From assembly GCA_964398725.1 (NCBI GenBank), contig CAYNNE010000001.1, forward strand, positions 1 through 29,544: DNA of 29,544 bases. The letters are read 5' to 3'. The translations under genes and the position numbers were made by a program. The DNA is from an uncultured Candidatus Saccharibacteria bacterium. GTDB taxonomy: Bacteria > Patescibacteriota > Minisyncoccia > Phycocordibacterales > Zambryskibacteraceae. The notes beneath the pieces are model-generated. The model was given only the letters and a program-made list of their open reading frames with translations. It did not search any database and was not told where the DNA came from. Shown here one piece after another: positions 1-8,730 of the stretch (positions are counted from its first letter, which is position 1; every line of letters begins with the position of its first letter).

Positions 1-414
1 CGCAATTTCATCTACCCTTTCATTTCCTGCAACACCAGAGTGTCCTTTTACTAAAATCCACTTCAATTTTTTGTTGCCAGCTTCTTTTTCTAATTCAATC
101 CATAATTCTTTATTTGAAACCGGTTGTTTCTGCATTGTCTTCCAATTGTTTTTCATCCAGTTTTTTACCCATTTTGTAATTCCATTTATTACATAAGAAG
201 AATCTGTATGAACCTCTCCCACATCTCCTTTCTTTAAGGGTTTAAGCGCGTGAATGGCAGCGGTGAGCTCCATCCTGTTGTTTGTCGTCTTTGGATTTGC
301 TCCGCCAAATTCTCGGATATGTTTTTCTCCAGCAACAATTGCGCCCCATCCCCCCGGCCCTGGGTTACCTTTCGCTGCCCCATCACAAAAAATTATGTAT
401 TTTTCTATTTTCAT
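1..414 (-). CDS. rnhA: Ribonuclease HI, 3' end runs off the window
   Basis: Not in the ORF track; hand translation from ATG at 414 gives MKIEKYIIFCDGAAKGNPGPGGWG...TTNNRMELTAAI...HTDSSYV...LVKGHSGVAGNERVDEIA, i.e. the RNase HI DG..GNPG, NNRMEL, TDS and KGH..GNE.VD motifs. Confidence 0.95.
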   Translation of the reverse strand, partial: MKIEKYIIFCDGAAKGNPGPGGWGAIVAGEKHIREFGGANPKTTNNRMELTAAIHALKPLKKGDVGEVHTDSSYVINGITKWVKNWMKNNWKTMQKQPVSNKELWIELEKEAGNKKLKWILVKGHSGVAGNERVDEIA

Positions 415-417
415 AAA

Positions 418-2037
418 TTAAATAATATCAATAATTCTCACTCTCCACGCATCCCTTCCTTTAAATGGATCCTCTTCAATATTCCCCAAAATATCAATAC
501 TTCCTCCATCAGCTTTCTTTTTCATATCTTCTCCAGCAAAAAATTTAATTGCTCTCGCCTTCTTTTCCCCTTGTGAAAATATTATTTCTAAGTGTTCTGC
601 AGTTTTTCCAAACATTTTTGTTTCTTCTGCCCAAGTTTTGGGGAAATGAAAAAGTGGCCTCTCATTAGCTAATCCAAATGGACGCAAACTAAAGAGAGAT
701 TTCAAAAAATGATTATTTATATCTGTTAACGAGACAACCGCATCGGCCAAATCATTTGCATCACTATCTTTATGAATTATTTTTTCTTTTGCAGAAACAA
801 GCGCATCGGCTAAATGATGAATTTTTTCTTTAACAACCGTAAATCCACCAGCCTCACGGTGTCCGCCAAATTGTAAAAATGTTTCAGATGCTTCTTGCAT
901 CAAATCGTGCATTGAAATAGTGCCGTTCCCTCTGCACGAACCACGGATTTCTCCGGAACCATCTTCGCCCCACAAAAATACCGGCACACCATATTTTTCA
1001 ACTAAGTTTGTGGCAACAAGCCCAAGTAGTGATGGGCGCCAATGCGTTGAGCCAAGCACCAATACGGGCTTTTCGTGTAATCCGCCCTCTATAATTCGTG
1101 AATGCGCTTCTTTTACAATTGAGGCAACCACGCCCTTGCGTGAATTATTTGTTCCTTCAAGCTCTCGAGCAAATACAATGGCTTCTTTATCATCTTCTGT
1201 CGCAAGTAAATCATACGCGAGGCGCGCTTCGCCCATACGAGATGCGGCATTAATGCGAGGCGCAATAGAAAAAGCCACATCATCTTCTGTAATGTTTCTT
1301 AAACGAAGTGAACTAATTAGTGCTTGTAAACCTTTACGGCGAGATTTCTGTAAAACCCTCAAACCAAAGTGTGCAAAAATTCTATTTTCATCTGTAAGAG
1401 GCACCATGTCTGCAATTGTGGCAATCGCCACCAAATCAAGAAGCCATTTTTCTTGACCGTCAGCTAATTTCAAAACATTTTTTTGTTGAAGTGCTTGCAC
1501 AAGCTTAAATGCAACACCCGCGCCACACAAACCCTTGAATGGATATTTACAATCTGGTTGCATTGGATTCAAAATGGCGTGTGCTTTTGGAAGTTCTCCA
1601 TTGCTTTCATGGTGATCAGTAATAATTACATCAATACCCGCCTCCTCTGCTGAATTAACTCCCTCATTGTTAGCAATTCCACAATCAACCGTGATTATTA
1701 AACCAACTCCTTTTTCTTTTAGGGCTGGAATTGAGTTTGAATGAAAACCAAATCCATCTGTGTGTCTGTCTGGAATATATGGAAACACTTTTGCTGGGGC
1801 ACCCTCTAATGCCTTACGGAGCATTACGCCAGCCGGAATTCCATCGGCATCATAATCGCTATAAACAGCAATTGTCTCCCCATTATCAAAAGCTTTTTTA
1901 ATGCGAGAAACTGCCTTATCCATATCTTTCATTAAGAATGGGTCATGTAGTTTTTCGTATTTTGGATTAAGAAAATCCTCTCTTTCTTCTGTTGTGAGAC
2001 CTCGCTTAGACAAAATTTCTTCAATAATTGGATGCAT
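418..2037 (-). CDS. recJ: Single-stranded DNA exonuclease RecJ (DHH/DHHA1)
   Basis: Motifs YSDYDADG, ITVDCG, IITDHH, ATIADMVPL, PRINAASR, FGGH. Start moved from track position 2205 to ATG 2037 (MHPII) because the longer ORF overlaps the divergent HIT gene. Confidence 0.95.
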   Translation of the reverse strand: MHPIIEEILSKRGLTTEEREDFLNPKYEKLHDPFLMKDMDKAVSRIKKAFDNGETIAVYSDYDADGIPAGVMLRKALEGAPAKVFPYIPDRHTDGFGFHSNSIPALKEKGVGLIITVDCGIANNEGVNSAEEAGIDVIITDHHESNGELPKAHAILNPMQPDCKYPFKGLCGAGVAFKLVQALQQKNVLKLADGQEKWLLDLVAIATIADMVPLTDENRIFAHFGLRVLQKSRRKGLQALISSLRLRNITEDDVAFSIAPRINAASRMGEARLAYDLLATEDDKEAIVFARELEGTNNSRKGVVASIVKEAHSRIIEGGLHEKPVLVLGSTHWRPSLLGLVATNLVEKYGVPVFLWGEDGSGEIRGSCRGNGTISMHDLMQEASETFLQFGGHREAGGFTVVKEKIHHLADALVSAKEKIIHKDSDANDLADAVVSLTDINNHFLKSLFSLRPFGLANERPLFHFPKTWAEETKMFGKTAEHLEIIFSQGEKKARAIKFFAGEDMKKKADGGSIDILGNIEEDPFKGRDAWRVRIIDII

Positions 2038-2046
2038 TGATTGGGG

Positions 2047-2053
2047 TATTATA
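2047..2053. promoter_or_regulatory. Overlapping divergent -10 elements (TATTAT on +, TATAAT on -) for HIT and recJ
   Basis: TATTAT at 2047-2052 is 8 nt before HIT ATG 2061; minus-strand TATAAT at 2053-2048 is 10 nt before recJ ATG 2037; only 23 bp separate the two starts. Confidence 0.6.
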
Positions 2054-2060
2054 TATGAGT

Positions 2061-2456
2061 ATGGAAAACTGTATTTTTTGCAAAGTTGCAAATAAAGAAA
2101 TCCCTCACTATCCTGTGTATGAAGACGAAAATGTCTTGGCTTTTTTAGACATCGCGCCCACCGAACGGGGCCATACTCTAGTAATTCCCAAAAAACATTT
2201 TTCACAGCTCGCCCACACTCCAGATGCTGAGAGATTGAATGTCTTTAGAGCAATAGACAAAATTCGACCGGTTTTGACTGAAGCAATGGGAGCTTGGTAC
2301 ACAATGATTATGATAGCGGGAATAGATCAAGACCATTTCCATGTCCACCTAATACCCAAGATTGATGACACACCAAAACCCTTACATTCAATTAAATTGA
2401 GTCCGAAAGAATTTGAAGAAATCAGAACAAAGATAGTCGAGAAAATGCCCGCTTAA
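2061..2456 (+). CDS. HIT family nucleotide hydrolase
   Basis: N-terminal CIFC, GHTLVIPK and histidine triad HFHVHLIP. Start ATG 2061 (or 2055). Confidence 0.92.
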   Translation: MENCIFCKVANKEIPHYPVYEDENVLAFLDIAPTERGHTLVIPKKHFSQLAHTPDAERLNVFRAIDKIRPVLTEAMGAWYTMIMIAGIDQDHFHVHLIPKIDDTPKPLHSIKLSPKEFEEIRTKIVEKMPA

Positions 2457-3577
2457 CCAAGCGCTTTTATTCCCGGCAGGGTTTCATCGTTTAGGAAATC
2501 AAGCATTGCCGCTCCAGCAGTTGAAAGAAATGTAAAATTTTTTTGAAGACCTAATTTTCTTATGCATGCCACAGTATCTCCGCCCCCCACAATAGATTGT
2601 GCTTTCGTTTCTGAAATCATTTTTGATAAAGCTCTCGTTCCCTCTGTGTATCCCCTTTCATAATTTCCCATTGGGCCATTCCAGATAATAGTTTTTGCTC
2701 CAAAAATAATATCGCGCAAAGATTCAATTGATTGGGGGCCAATATCCATAATTGTTTCTTCTGATCTGATATCGGTCACTTCGGTAAAACGATCGCCACC
2801 ACCACTTACAATAACGTCTGTTGGAAGATATAGCGGTGGTTCAGCAAAAGAGTGCAAGTGTGGAGGAATACTGGAGATAAGAGATCTTCCAACGTCATAT
2901 CCTTTGGACTTAAAGAAGTCGTTTGCAATGGCACCTCCCACAAAAGTTACGTCTGCTTTAGAATAAAAATTTCTAAGGATTGGTAATTTGGTTTCAAACT
3001 TTGCACCACCCAAAATAAAAACAAATGGTTTTTCAGGCACAAAAGCTTTTGATAACTCTTCTATCTCCATTTCAAATTGAATACCCGCAAAGCTTGGTAA
3101 AAATTTTGGCACCGAAACAATAGAGGCGTGCTCGCGATGCGAGCTTGAAAAAGCGTCATTAACATAAATATCAGCATAAGAGGCTAATGCCTTTGCAAAA
3201 TTTTCATCGTTATTTTTTTCCCCGTCATATATTCTTAAATTTTCTAGCAAAACCACTTCCCCCAAATTTAAATGTTCGTCAATCTCTTTGTTGTGTTCTG
3301 GAAAATACTTCTCAGCAAAAAATAAAGGGAAACTTTTGCTTAAAATATCAGCCACGGGTTTTAATGTTTGCTCTCCAAACGAATGGTTGGATTCTATGTG
3401 GCTAACAATTATTATCTTTGCTCCTGCCTCAATTAAAAAATTAATCGTTGGAAGAATAACTTCAATTCTATATTTGTCTTCTAAAATCCCCGAATCAATT
3501 GGCACATTCAAATCAGCGCGCAAGAGCACTCGTTTACCCGCAAACTCCGCTTTATTTTTACTTAATAGCTTCATCAA
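2453..3577 (-). CDS. pgk: Phosphoglycerate kinase
   Basis: RADLNVP, LENLR, YVNDAF, ILGGAK, WNGPMG, VGGGDT motifs. Confidence 0.97.
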   Translation of the reverse strand: MMKLLSKNKAEFAGKRVLLRADLNVPIDSGILEDKYRIEVILPTINFLIEAGAKIIIVSHIESNHSFGEQTLKPVADILSKSFPLFFAEKYFPEHNKEIDEHLNLGEVVLLENLRIYDGEKNNDENFAKALASYADIYVNDAFSSSHREHASIVSVPKFLPSFAGIQFEMEIEELSKAFVPEKPFVFILGGAKFETKLPILRNFYSKADVTFVGGAIANDFFKSKGYDVGRSLISSIPPHLHSFAEPPLYLPTDVIVSGGGDRFTEVTDIRSEETIMDIGPQSIESLRDIIFGAKTIIWNGPMGNYERGYTEGTRALSKMISETKAQSIVGGGDTVACIRKLGLQKNFTFLSTAGAAMLDFLNDETLPGIKALG

Positions 3578-4322
3578 TAATTTTTTCTACTTCATGCTTA
3601 TCTAAACTTTCACGACCCACCAAAAATCCTGAAACATTGCCTATTGTAAACAAATCATGAGCATTATGAGGAAATACCGAACCACCATAAAGAATTTGTA
3701 TATTTTTCCCTATTTTTCCACCAAACAAATTAGAAATAACTTTTCTAATAAACAAAACTGTTTCATGAAGATCTGCTGGAGTCATTGGTCCGACTGAAGA
3801 TTCTCCAATCGCCCAAATTGGTTCGTAAGCAATAATAATATTTGTTATGTCTCTGTTTGTTAAACCAGAAATTGTTTCTTCTATCTGATTTTTAAGTTCG
3901 TGCCAAAACTCTCCGTCGTGCTCCCTTTTTAATTCCCCCACACACACAATAGGTTTCAGCTTTGCTTTCAAAGCACTTTTAATTTTGTAAGAAACAAGAG
4001 TGCTGGTATCGCCAAATTCTCTTTGTTCTGAGTGTCCGAGGATTACATAATCAACCCCCAATCCAAAAACTTGTCTCGGACTTACAAAACCAGTAAAAGC
4101 TCCTTCGCTTTCTACGGAAGTGTTTTGAGCTGAGATTTTTAAGTTTTTAGGAAGTTTTGTCCCAAAAAAAAGTCCCAAATGAGGGGTGGCTGGTGCAAAA
4201 ATTAAAGAAACTCCGCGCCTCATAAACTTTTTAGAAATCTTTTTATAGGAATTAAATAAATTCTTTGCGTCAGTTGCAGACAGGGGGTTCATTTTCCAGT
4301 TACCGGCAAAAATAAAGTTCAT
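3558..4322 (-). CDS. tpiA: Triosephosphate isomerase
   Basis: AGNWKMN, LGHSE, AYEPIWAIG, LYGGSV motifs; start taken at ATG 4322 (MNFIFAG), 7 nt after a TATAAT. Confidence 0.96.
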   Translation of the reverse strand: MNFIFAGNWKMNPLSATDAKNLFNSYKKISKKFMRRGVSLIFAPATPHLGLFFGTKLPKNLKISAQNTSVESEGAFTGFVSPRQVFGLGVDYVILGHSEQREFGDTSTLVSYKIKSALKAKLKPIVCVGELKREHDGEFWHELKNQIEETISGLTNRDITNIIIAYEPIWAIGESSVGPMTPADLHETVLFIRKVISNLFGGKIGKNIQILYGGSVFPHNAHDLFTIGNVSGFLVGRESLDKHEVEKIIDEAIK

Positions 4323-4363
4323 ATTAATGATTATACCGCACACTTATTTTGGTGTTGTCAGAG

Positions 4364-6124
4364 CTATGTTTCTGACGCGACTCTGAAAACCTCGTCTATT
4401 GTAGTAACTCCTTGTACGGCCTTAAATAAGGCATCTTCCACAAAAGAGAGCATTCCATTTTTTAAAGCCTGACTTCTTATTTCTTCTCCAGAACCTTTCT
4501 TCAAAATAATATCCTTAATGGGTTGAGAGATTTCTAGAACTTCAAAGACACCGACAAAGCCAACATAAGCATTCTCTTGTATTTCGTTTATGGGTTTAAA
4601 AAACTTTATATTCTCCAAAGGGGTATTTTTAGAAATTATTTTTTCCAATCTTAATTTTTCTAAAACTTTTTCAGTATCAACAATTCTATTTAATTTGGAT
4701 ATTTCTTTTTCTGAAAGAATATATTCTTGCTTATCTTCACTTAAACGTTTTACCAAAAAATGTCCGACTAATAGCTTGAGCGTTGATGCGAGAGAAAAAA
4801 GATCAACCCCCATATTTAAAACCTTCTCTATTGCCTCATTTGGAGTGGTGGCATTCATAGAGACGAGAACCAACTTCCCTGACATTGATGCGTTTACAGC
4901 AAGTTTCAAAGTTTCGTTGTTTTCAATATTTCCAACCATCACAACATCTGGATCTTGTTTGAGAATTGCTCTTAATCCAGATAAGAAAGTTAAACCTAAG
5001 TCTTCTTTTACTTCTGTTTGATTAATTCTTCTCATTGGATATTCAACAGGAGATTCAATTGTTGAAATAGAAATGCTTGGTTTATTTAAAACATCAAGAA
5101 TGGTGTAAAGGGTAGTCGTTTTCCCTGTTTGAGGTCCACCGCAAGAAATAATAAGACCCGTATTAGACCTAAGTCCCCTGTGTAATGCTTCAAGACTATC
5201 TCCATAAAACCCTAATGTTTCCAAATTAAAACCAAGTGCTCCTGTTTGAATAATTCTCAAAACCATTTTTTCTCCAAATGATGTCGGCAGGGTATTTATC
5301 CTAAAAGACGACTTAACCCCAAACCTTTCGTCTATTTCCATCTTAAATCTGCCGTCTTGGGGAAGAACGCTCGCCAAATCTAAACCTGCCAAAAACTTAA
5401 TGCGTAAAACAATAAGCGAGTGGACCATGGCAGGCAGTGAAAAAGCTTCTCTTAAAATTCCGTCAATTCTATATCTAATAAGCGTATTTTCTTCTTGCGG
5501 TTCCAAGCTAATATCAACAGCGCCTTGAGATATCGCGTGTTTCAAAAATAAATCAACGAGGTGTGAAATTGTTTTATCTTCCGCTATTTTTTTAAAATCT
5601 GCAGAACCAGAATCACCGTCTCCAAAAGATTTGAAATGTTTTGCTAGTTTTTCTGCTTCTTTTTCTATTTTTATACCAAAATCTTTTTTAAGATTTTTTT
5701 GATACAAGAAAAGTGCCTCTCTCATTGATTCCCTATCGGTAAATCTTGGAAGAAATTTTAGTTTATATTCCTTAGATAAAAAATCTACTGAAGAAAAATC
5801 TTCCATATGAAGGAGTGCGACCTCCACAGAAAATTCATCTTTATCAAAAGCTACAATGTTGTGTTTTCTGGAGATTGGTTCTGGAATTAGCTGTAAAATC
5901 TCTAGGCTTATGTTTCTATTTTTCAAATCCACAAAAGGTATTCCGGATAAATTTGCATTTATACGACGCAAATCGTCCTCTGTGATAAGGCCATCTTTTA
6001 TTAAAATTTCCCCAAGGCTAGAGCCTATTTTTTGTGCTTCTTTTTGTGCTTTTACAAGTTCTGTTTTGGAAACCAAGCCAGAATCAAAAGCAAACTCGCT
6101 GAATTTTTTTTCGTCCAATTGCAT
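4364..6124 (-). CDS. PilB/GspE-family secretion ATPase homolog with degenerate catalytic motifs
   Basis: YRIDGIL, PQDGRF, EKMVLR, GKTTTLY, ILKQDPDVVMVG, KAVQGVTTIDEVFRV match the PilB/GspE fold; Walker B, Asp box and His box are substituted (see findings). Confidence 0.9.
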   Translation of the reverse strand: MQLDEKKFSEFAFDSGLVSKTELVKAQKEAQKIGSSLGEILIKDGLITEDDLRRINANLSGIPFVDLKNRNISLEILQLIPEPISRKHNIVAFDKDEFSVEVALLHMEDFSSVDFLSKEYKLKFLPRFTDRESMREALFLYQKNLKKDFGIKIEKEAEKLAKHFKSFGDGDSGSADFKKIAEDKTISHLVDLFLKHAISQGAVDISLEPQEENTLIRYRIDGILREAFSLPAMVHSLIVLRIKFLAGLDLASVLPQDGRFKMEIDERFGVKSSFRINTLPTSFGEKMVLRIIQTGALGFNLETLGFYGDSLEALHRGLRSNTGLIISCGGPQTGKTTTLYTILDVLNKPSISISTIESPVEYPMRRINQTEVKEDLGLTFLSGLRAILKQDPDVVMVGNIENNETLKLAVNASMSGKLVLVSMNATTPNEAIEKVLNMGVDLFSLASTLKLLVGHFLVKRLSEDKQEYILSEKEISKLNRIVDTEKVLEKLRLEKIISKNTPLENIKFFKPINEIQENAYVGFVGVFEVLEISQPIKDIILKKGSGEEIRSQALKNGMLSFVEDALFKAVQGVTTIDEVFRVASET

Positions 6125-6177
6125 CTAGAGCTTATTCTAACAAAAATTGGGTTCAAAAAGTTTAATTTTTTTACTAA

Positions 6178-6244
6178 CTTGAACTTTCTAGCGAGCGAAC
6201 AAGAATAGCAATCTTGAACTTCCGAGCAAGCGAAAATAGCAATC
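6178..6244. repeat. Two imperfect ~35-bp tandem units (CTTGAACTT...AGCRAGCGAA...AATAGCAATC)
   Basis: 6178-6213 cttgaactttctagcgagcgaacaagaatagcaatc versus 6213-6244 cttgaacttccgagcaagcgaaaatagcaatc. Confidence 0.75.
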
Positions 6245-6269
6245 CGGTAGCTAAAAAGCTACCGGATTG
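6240..6269. repeat. Perfect 13-bp inverted repeat with a 4-nt loop, overlapping the nusA -35
   Basis: caatccggtagct-aaaa-agctaccggattg. Confidence 0.85.
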
Positions 6270-6294
6270 ACAAAAATAAAGCAGAGTATATAAT
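6267..6294 (+). promoter_or_regulatory. Sigma70-type promoter for nusA
   Basis: TTGACA (6267-6272), 16-nt spacer, TATAAT (6289-6294). Confidence 0.8.
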
Positions 6295-6308
6295 ACTTTT
6301 ATTACAAG

Positions 6309-6341
6309 ATAACGGTTCGCCTCAAAAAGGCGGGCCGTTAT
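6309..6341 (+). promoter_or_regulatory. Hairpin in the nusA 5' leader (possible attenuator)
   Basis: ataacggttcgcct-caaaa-aggcgggccgttat, 14 bp with 2 G-U pairs, between promoter and start codon. Confidence 0.55.
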
Positions 6342-6366
6342 TGTTAAAAGAAATAAAATAAACAAC

Positions 6367-7611
6367 ATGTTTGATCTAAAAGTCATCAATTCAGTGCTTG
6401 CAGAACTTGAGGAAACCAGAGGTATTCCAAAAGAAAGAGTCATTGAGGCCATAGAAGCTGCCCTTGCTACTGCTTATAGAAAAGAATTTGGTAAACGTGG
6501 GCAAATTGTGCGTGCAAAATTTGATCTTTCCTCAGGAAAGGTGGATTTTTTCCAAGTAAAAACCGTTGTTGATGATACTCGTGTTGTTATGACAGAAGAA
6601 GATCTCTCAAAAGAAAGGGAGGAAACTCCAGAGTCTATGCGTGTTCTTTTCAACACCGAACACGACATCATGCTTGATGACGCGCGCCTTATAAAAAAAG
6701 ATGCACAAATTGATGATGAAATAATCTTTCCTCTAGAAGCAAAGGCTGATTTCGGACGCATTGCGTCTCAAACCGCAAAGCAGGTAATAATGCAAAAAAT
6801 ACGTGAGGCTGAGAAAGTTTCTGTAGTTGGCGAGTTTGGTAAACGCGAAGGTCAAATAATTACAGGAACCGTGCAAAGAATTGAGCGCGGAAATATCTTT
6901 ATTGACCTAGGAAGAGCTACTGGCCTTCTTTCATACGATGAAAGAATCCCCGGAGAGCACTTTAGTCAGGGTGAAAGAGTGCGTGCATACTTATACAAAG
7001 TGGAAGAAACCCCACGCGGAGTCTTCTTAAGACTTTCTCGAGCTCATCCAAAATTTGTTGAGGAATTGTTTAAACAAGAATCTCCTGAAGTGCAAAGCGG
7101 AACGGTACTTATTAAAGCAATTGCTCGCGAGGCAGGCTCTCGTACAAAAATTGCTGCATTTTCTGATGATTCTCATGTAGATCCTGTTGGCTCTCTAGTT
7201 GGTCAGCGTGGAGTGCGAGTATCAACTGTGATGTCTGAGCTGGGCGGCGAAAAAATAGACATAATCGAGTGGTCACAAGACCCTAAAACCTTTATTGAAG
7301 ATTCCCTTTCTCCTGCAAAAGTAATGGAAGTTGTTGTAGATGAAGCAAACCAAAGCGCTGTGGTTGAAGTTTCCGAAGACCAGCAATCTCTTGCCATCGG
7401 TCGTGGCGGACAAAATGTGCGCTTGGCCGCAAAGCTAACCGGATGGAAAATTGATATTAAATCAATGCAAGGACTTGAACTTGCTCACGCTGACGCTGAT
7501 TCTATAAAAACAGAGGTGGTCGCGGAGTCTCCTGTAGAAGAAATTAAAATTGAAGAAACAGTTGATGTTCCTGTTGTAGAAGAAATTCCAGCCGAAAAAT
7601 CCGAAGCCTAA
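6367..7611 (+). CDS. nusA: Transcription termination/antitermination factor NusA
   Basis: FGRIASQTAKQVI, S1 domain, AREAGSRTKIA, GEKIDII, SLAIGRGGQNVRLAAKLTGWKIDI. Confidence 0.98.
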   Translation: MFDLKVINSVLAELEETRGIPKERVIEAIEAALATAYRKEFGKRGQIVRAKFDLSSGKVDFFQVKTVVDDTRVVMTEEDLSKEREETPESMRVLFNTEHDIMLDDARLIKKDAQIDDEIIFPLEAKADFGRIASQTAKQVIMQKIREAEKVSVVGEFGKREGQIITGTVQRIERGNIFIDLGRATGLLSYDERIPGEHFSQGERVRAYLYKVEETPRGVFLRLSRAHPKFVEELFKQESPEVQSGTVLIKAIAREAGSRTKIAAFSDDSHVDPVGSLVGQRGVRVSTVMSELGGEKIDIIEWSQDPKTFIEDSLSPAKVMEVVVDEANQSAVVEVSEDQQSLAIGRGGQNVRLAAKLTGWKIDIKSMQGLELAHADADSIKTEVVAESPVEEIKIEETVDVPVVEEIPAEKSEA

Positions 7612-7645
7612 TCCTTTATTCACTAATTCACTATCCATATGAATC

Positions 7646-7752
7646 CCGTTAGTAGTTCAACAGGTACACAAAATGAAACAACCGGTACGAAACGAACTCA
7701 CCTAACCCCTTCATGTGAACACAAATTAATATTATTAAATAACTACTAACGG
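7646..7752. repeat. 12-bp inverted repeat pair bracketing the nusA-ppa spacer (family B-like)
   Basis: ccgttagtagtt (7646-7657) and aactactaacgg (7741-7752); right arm ends 2 nt before ppa ATG. Confidence 0.7.
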
Positions 7753-7754
7753 AG

Positions 7755-8279
7755 ATGAATCTTTGGCATGAAATAGAACCTGGAACAAAGGAAGCAATAA
7801 ATGTAATTATTGAAATTCCAAAGGGGTCTAAAAATAAATACGAAATAGACAAAAAAACCGGGCTAATCGCTCTGGATAGGGTGATGCATACCGGCCAGGA
7901 CTACCCGTTTGATTATGGTTTTGTCCCACAAACACTTTGGCACGATGGGGACGCTGTGGATGTCGTTATTCTTTCCACTTATCCGTTTGCGCCAGGCGTC
8001 CTTGTGAAAGTACGCCCTGTGGGATTAATGCATATTGTTGATCATGGAGATAAAGACGACAAAATAATAGCGGTACCTAAAGAAGACCCGAGGTTTGATA
8101 ATGTCAAAGACATAGGAGATGTTAATAAACACACTCTAAAGGAAATTCAGCATTTTTTTGAAACATATAAAGACCTGCAAGAAAAAGTGGTGGTGGTTTC
8201 TGGACACAAGAGCAAAAAGGAGGCTGAGGATGTGTTTGAGGCTGGATTAAAAATATATTCTAAAAAATATCCAAAATAA
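7755..8279 (+). CDS. ppa: Family I soluble inorganic pyrophosphatase
   Basis: EIPKGSKNKYEIDK, LDR, YGFVPQT, DGDAVD, DDKIIAV, HFFETYKDL. Confidence 0.97.
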   Translation: MNLWHEIEPGTKEAINVIIEIPKGSKNKYEIDKKTGLIALDRVMHTGQDYPFDYGFVPQTLWHDGDAVDVVILSTYPFAPGVLVKVRPVGLMHIVDHGDKDDKIIAVPKEDPRFDNVKDIGDVNKHTLKEIQHFFETYKDLQEKVVVVSGHKSKKEAEDVFEAGLKIYSKKYPK

Positions 8280-8372
8280 CCCTTGTTTTGTGTACAAAGC
8301 TTTGGCTTGAAATCTGAAAAACCTATATAATATTGTTAGTTCTAATTTATAAGAAATAAGAAGTTAAAAAGC

Positions 8373-8564
8373 ATGCTTAGCAACAAAAAAGGTTCTACAA
8401 CAACAAATATCGTTATAGCAGTAGTTGTTATTATCGTTATTTGGGCAATTTGGAACTGGACAAAGGGAACACCTGCTCCAGTTGATAATTCAGCAGCAGC
8501 CGCAGCAGTTACAGAAACAGTACCTGCAGCAGAAGTTCCAGTTACAGCACCAGCAGCACAATAG
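8373..8564 (+). CDS. Small membrane-anchored Ala/Pro-rich protein, possibly pilin-like N-terminus
   Basis: KKG followed by a hydrophobic helix (NIVIAVVVIIVIWAIW) and an Ala/Pro/Thr tail; has an upstream TATAAT (8326-8331) and a downstream terminator. Confidence 0.7.
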   Translation: MLSNKKGSTTTNIVIAVVVIIVIWAIWNWTKGTPAPVDNSAAAAAVTETVPAAEVPVTAPAAQ

Positions 8565-8580
8565 GTTTTCTTTAACCTAG

Positions 8581-8612
8581 ACAGAAAACGCCCAATCTTG
8601 GGCGTTTTCTGT
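8581..8612. terminator. Intrinsic terminator
   Basis: acagaaaacgccca-atct-tgggcgttttctgt, 14-bp stem, 16 nt after the stop at 8564. Confidence 0.85.
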
Positions 8613-8730
8613 TATTTAAACGCGATAAAATTTATATAAATCTAACCATAATTGGCACATTGCATAGCAAGGGAGTAAAATGATGCTACCAAACCTTTGA
8701 TTGGCTTGGTTTAAAAGTTAACAACTAAAA

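Noticed and set aside
250-576. ORF on + strand (108 aa) and other short antisense ORFs in the track (e.g. 920-1456, 4590-5021, 8718-9233, 12968-13465, 24347-24922)
   Set aside because: They lie antisense to well-supported genes, have no recognisable motifs, and are shadow ORFs.
2038-2205. Extended N-terminus of RecJ in the track
   Set aside because: Overlaps the divergent HIT gene; a -10 box supports the start at 2037.
2453-4322. Variant phosphate-binding loops in PGK (STAGAAM) and TPI (VGRESL) as signs of inactivity
   Set aside because: Catalytic residues (TPI Lys, His, Glu; PGK Asp, Arg, Lys motifs) are intact; this looks like ordinary lineage divergence.
7646-7752. GTTAG/CTAAC arms as an integron attC site
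   Set aside because: attC needs RYYYAAC first and GTTRRRY last; here the order is reversed (family B right arms also place CTAAC last), and the recombinase is Xer-type without an evident IntI insertion.
8652-8668. TGGCAC...TTGCA resembling a sigma54 promoter
   Set aside because: The spacing between the -24 and -12 elements is wrong (1 nt rather than 5).
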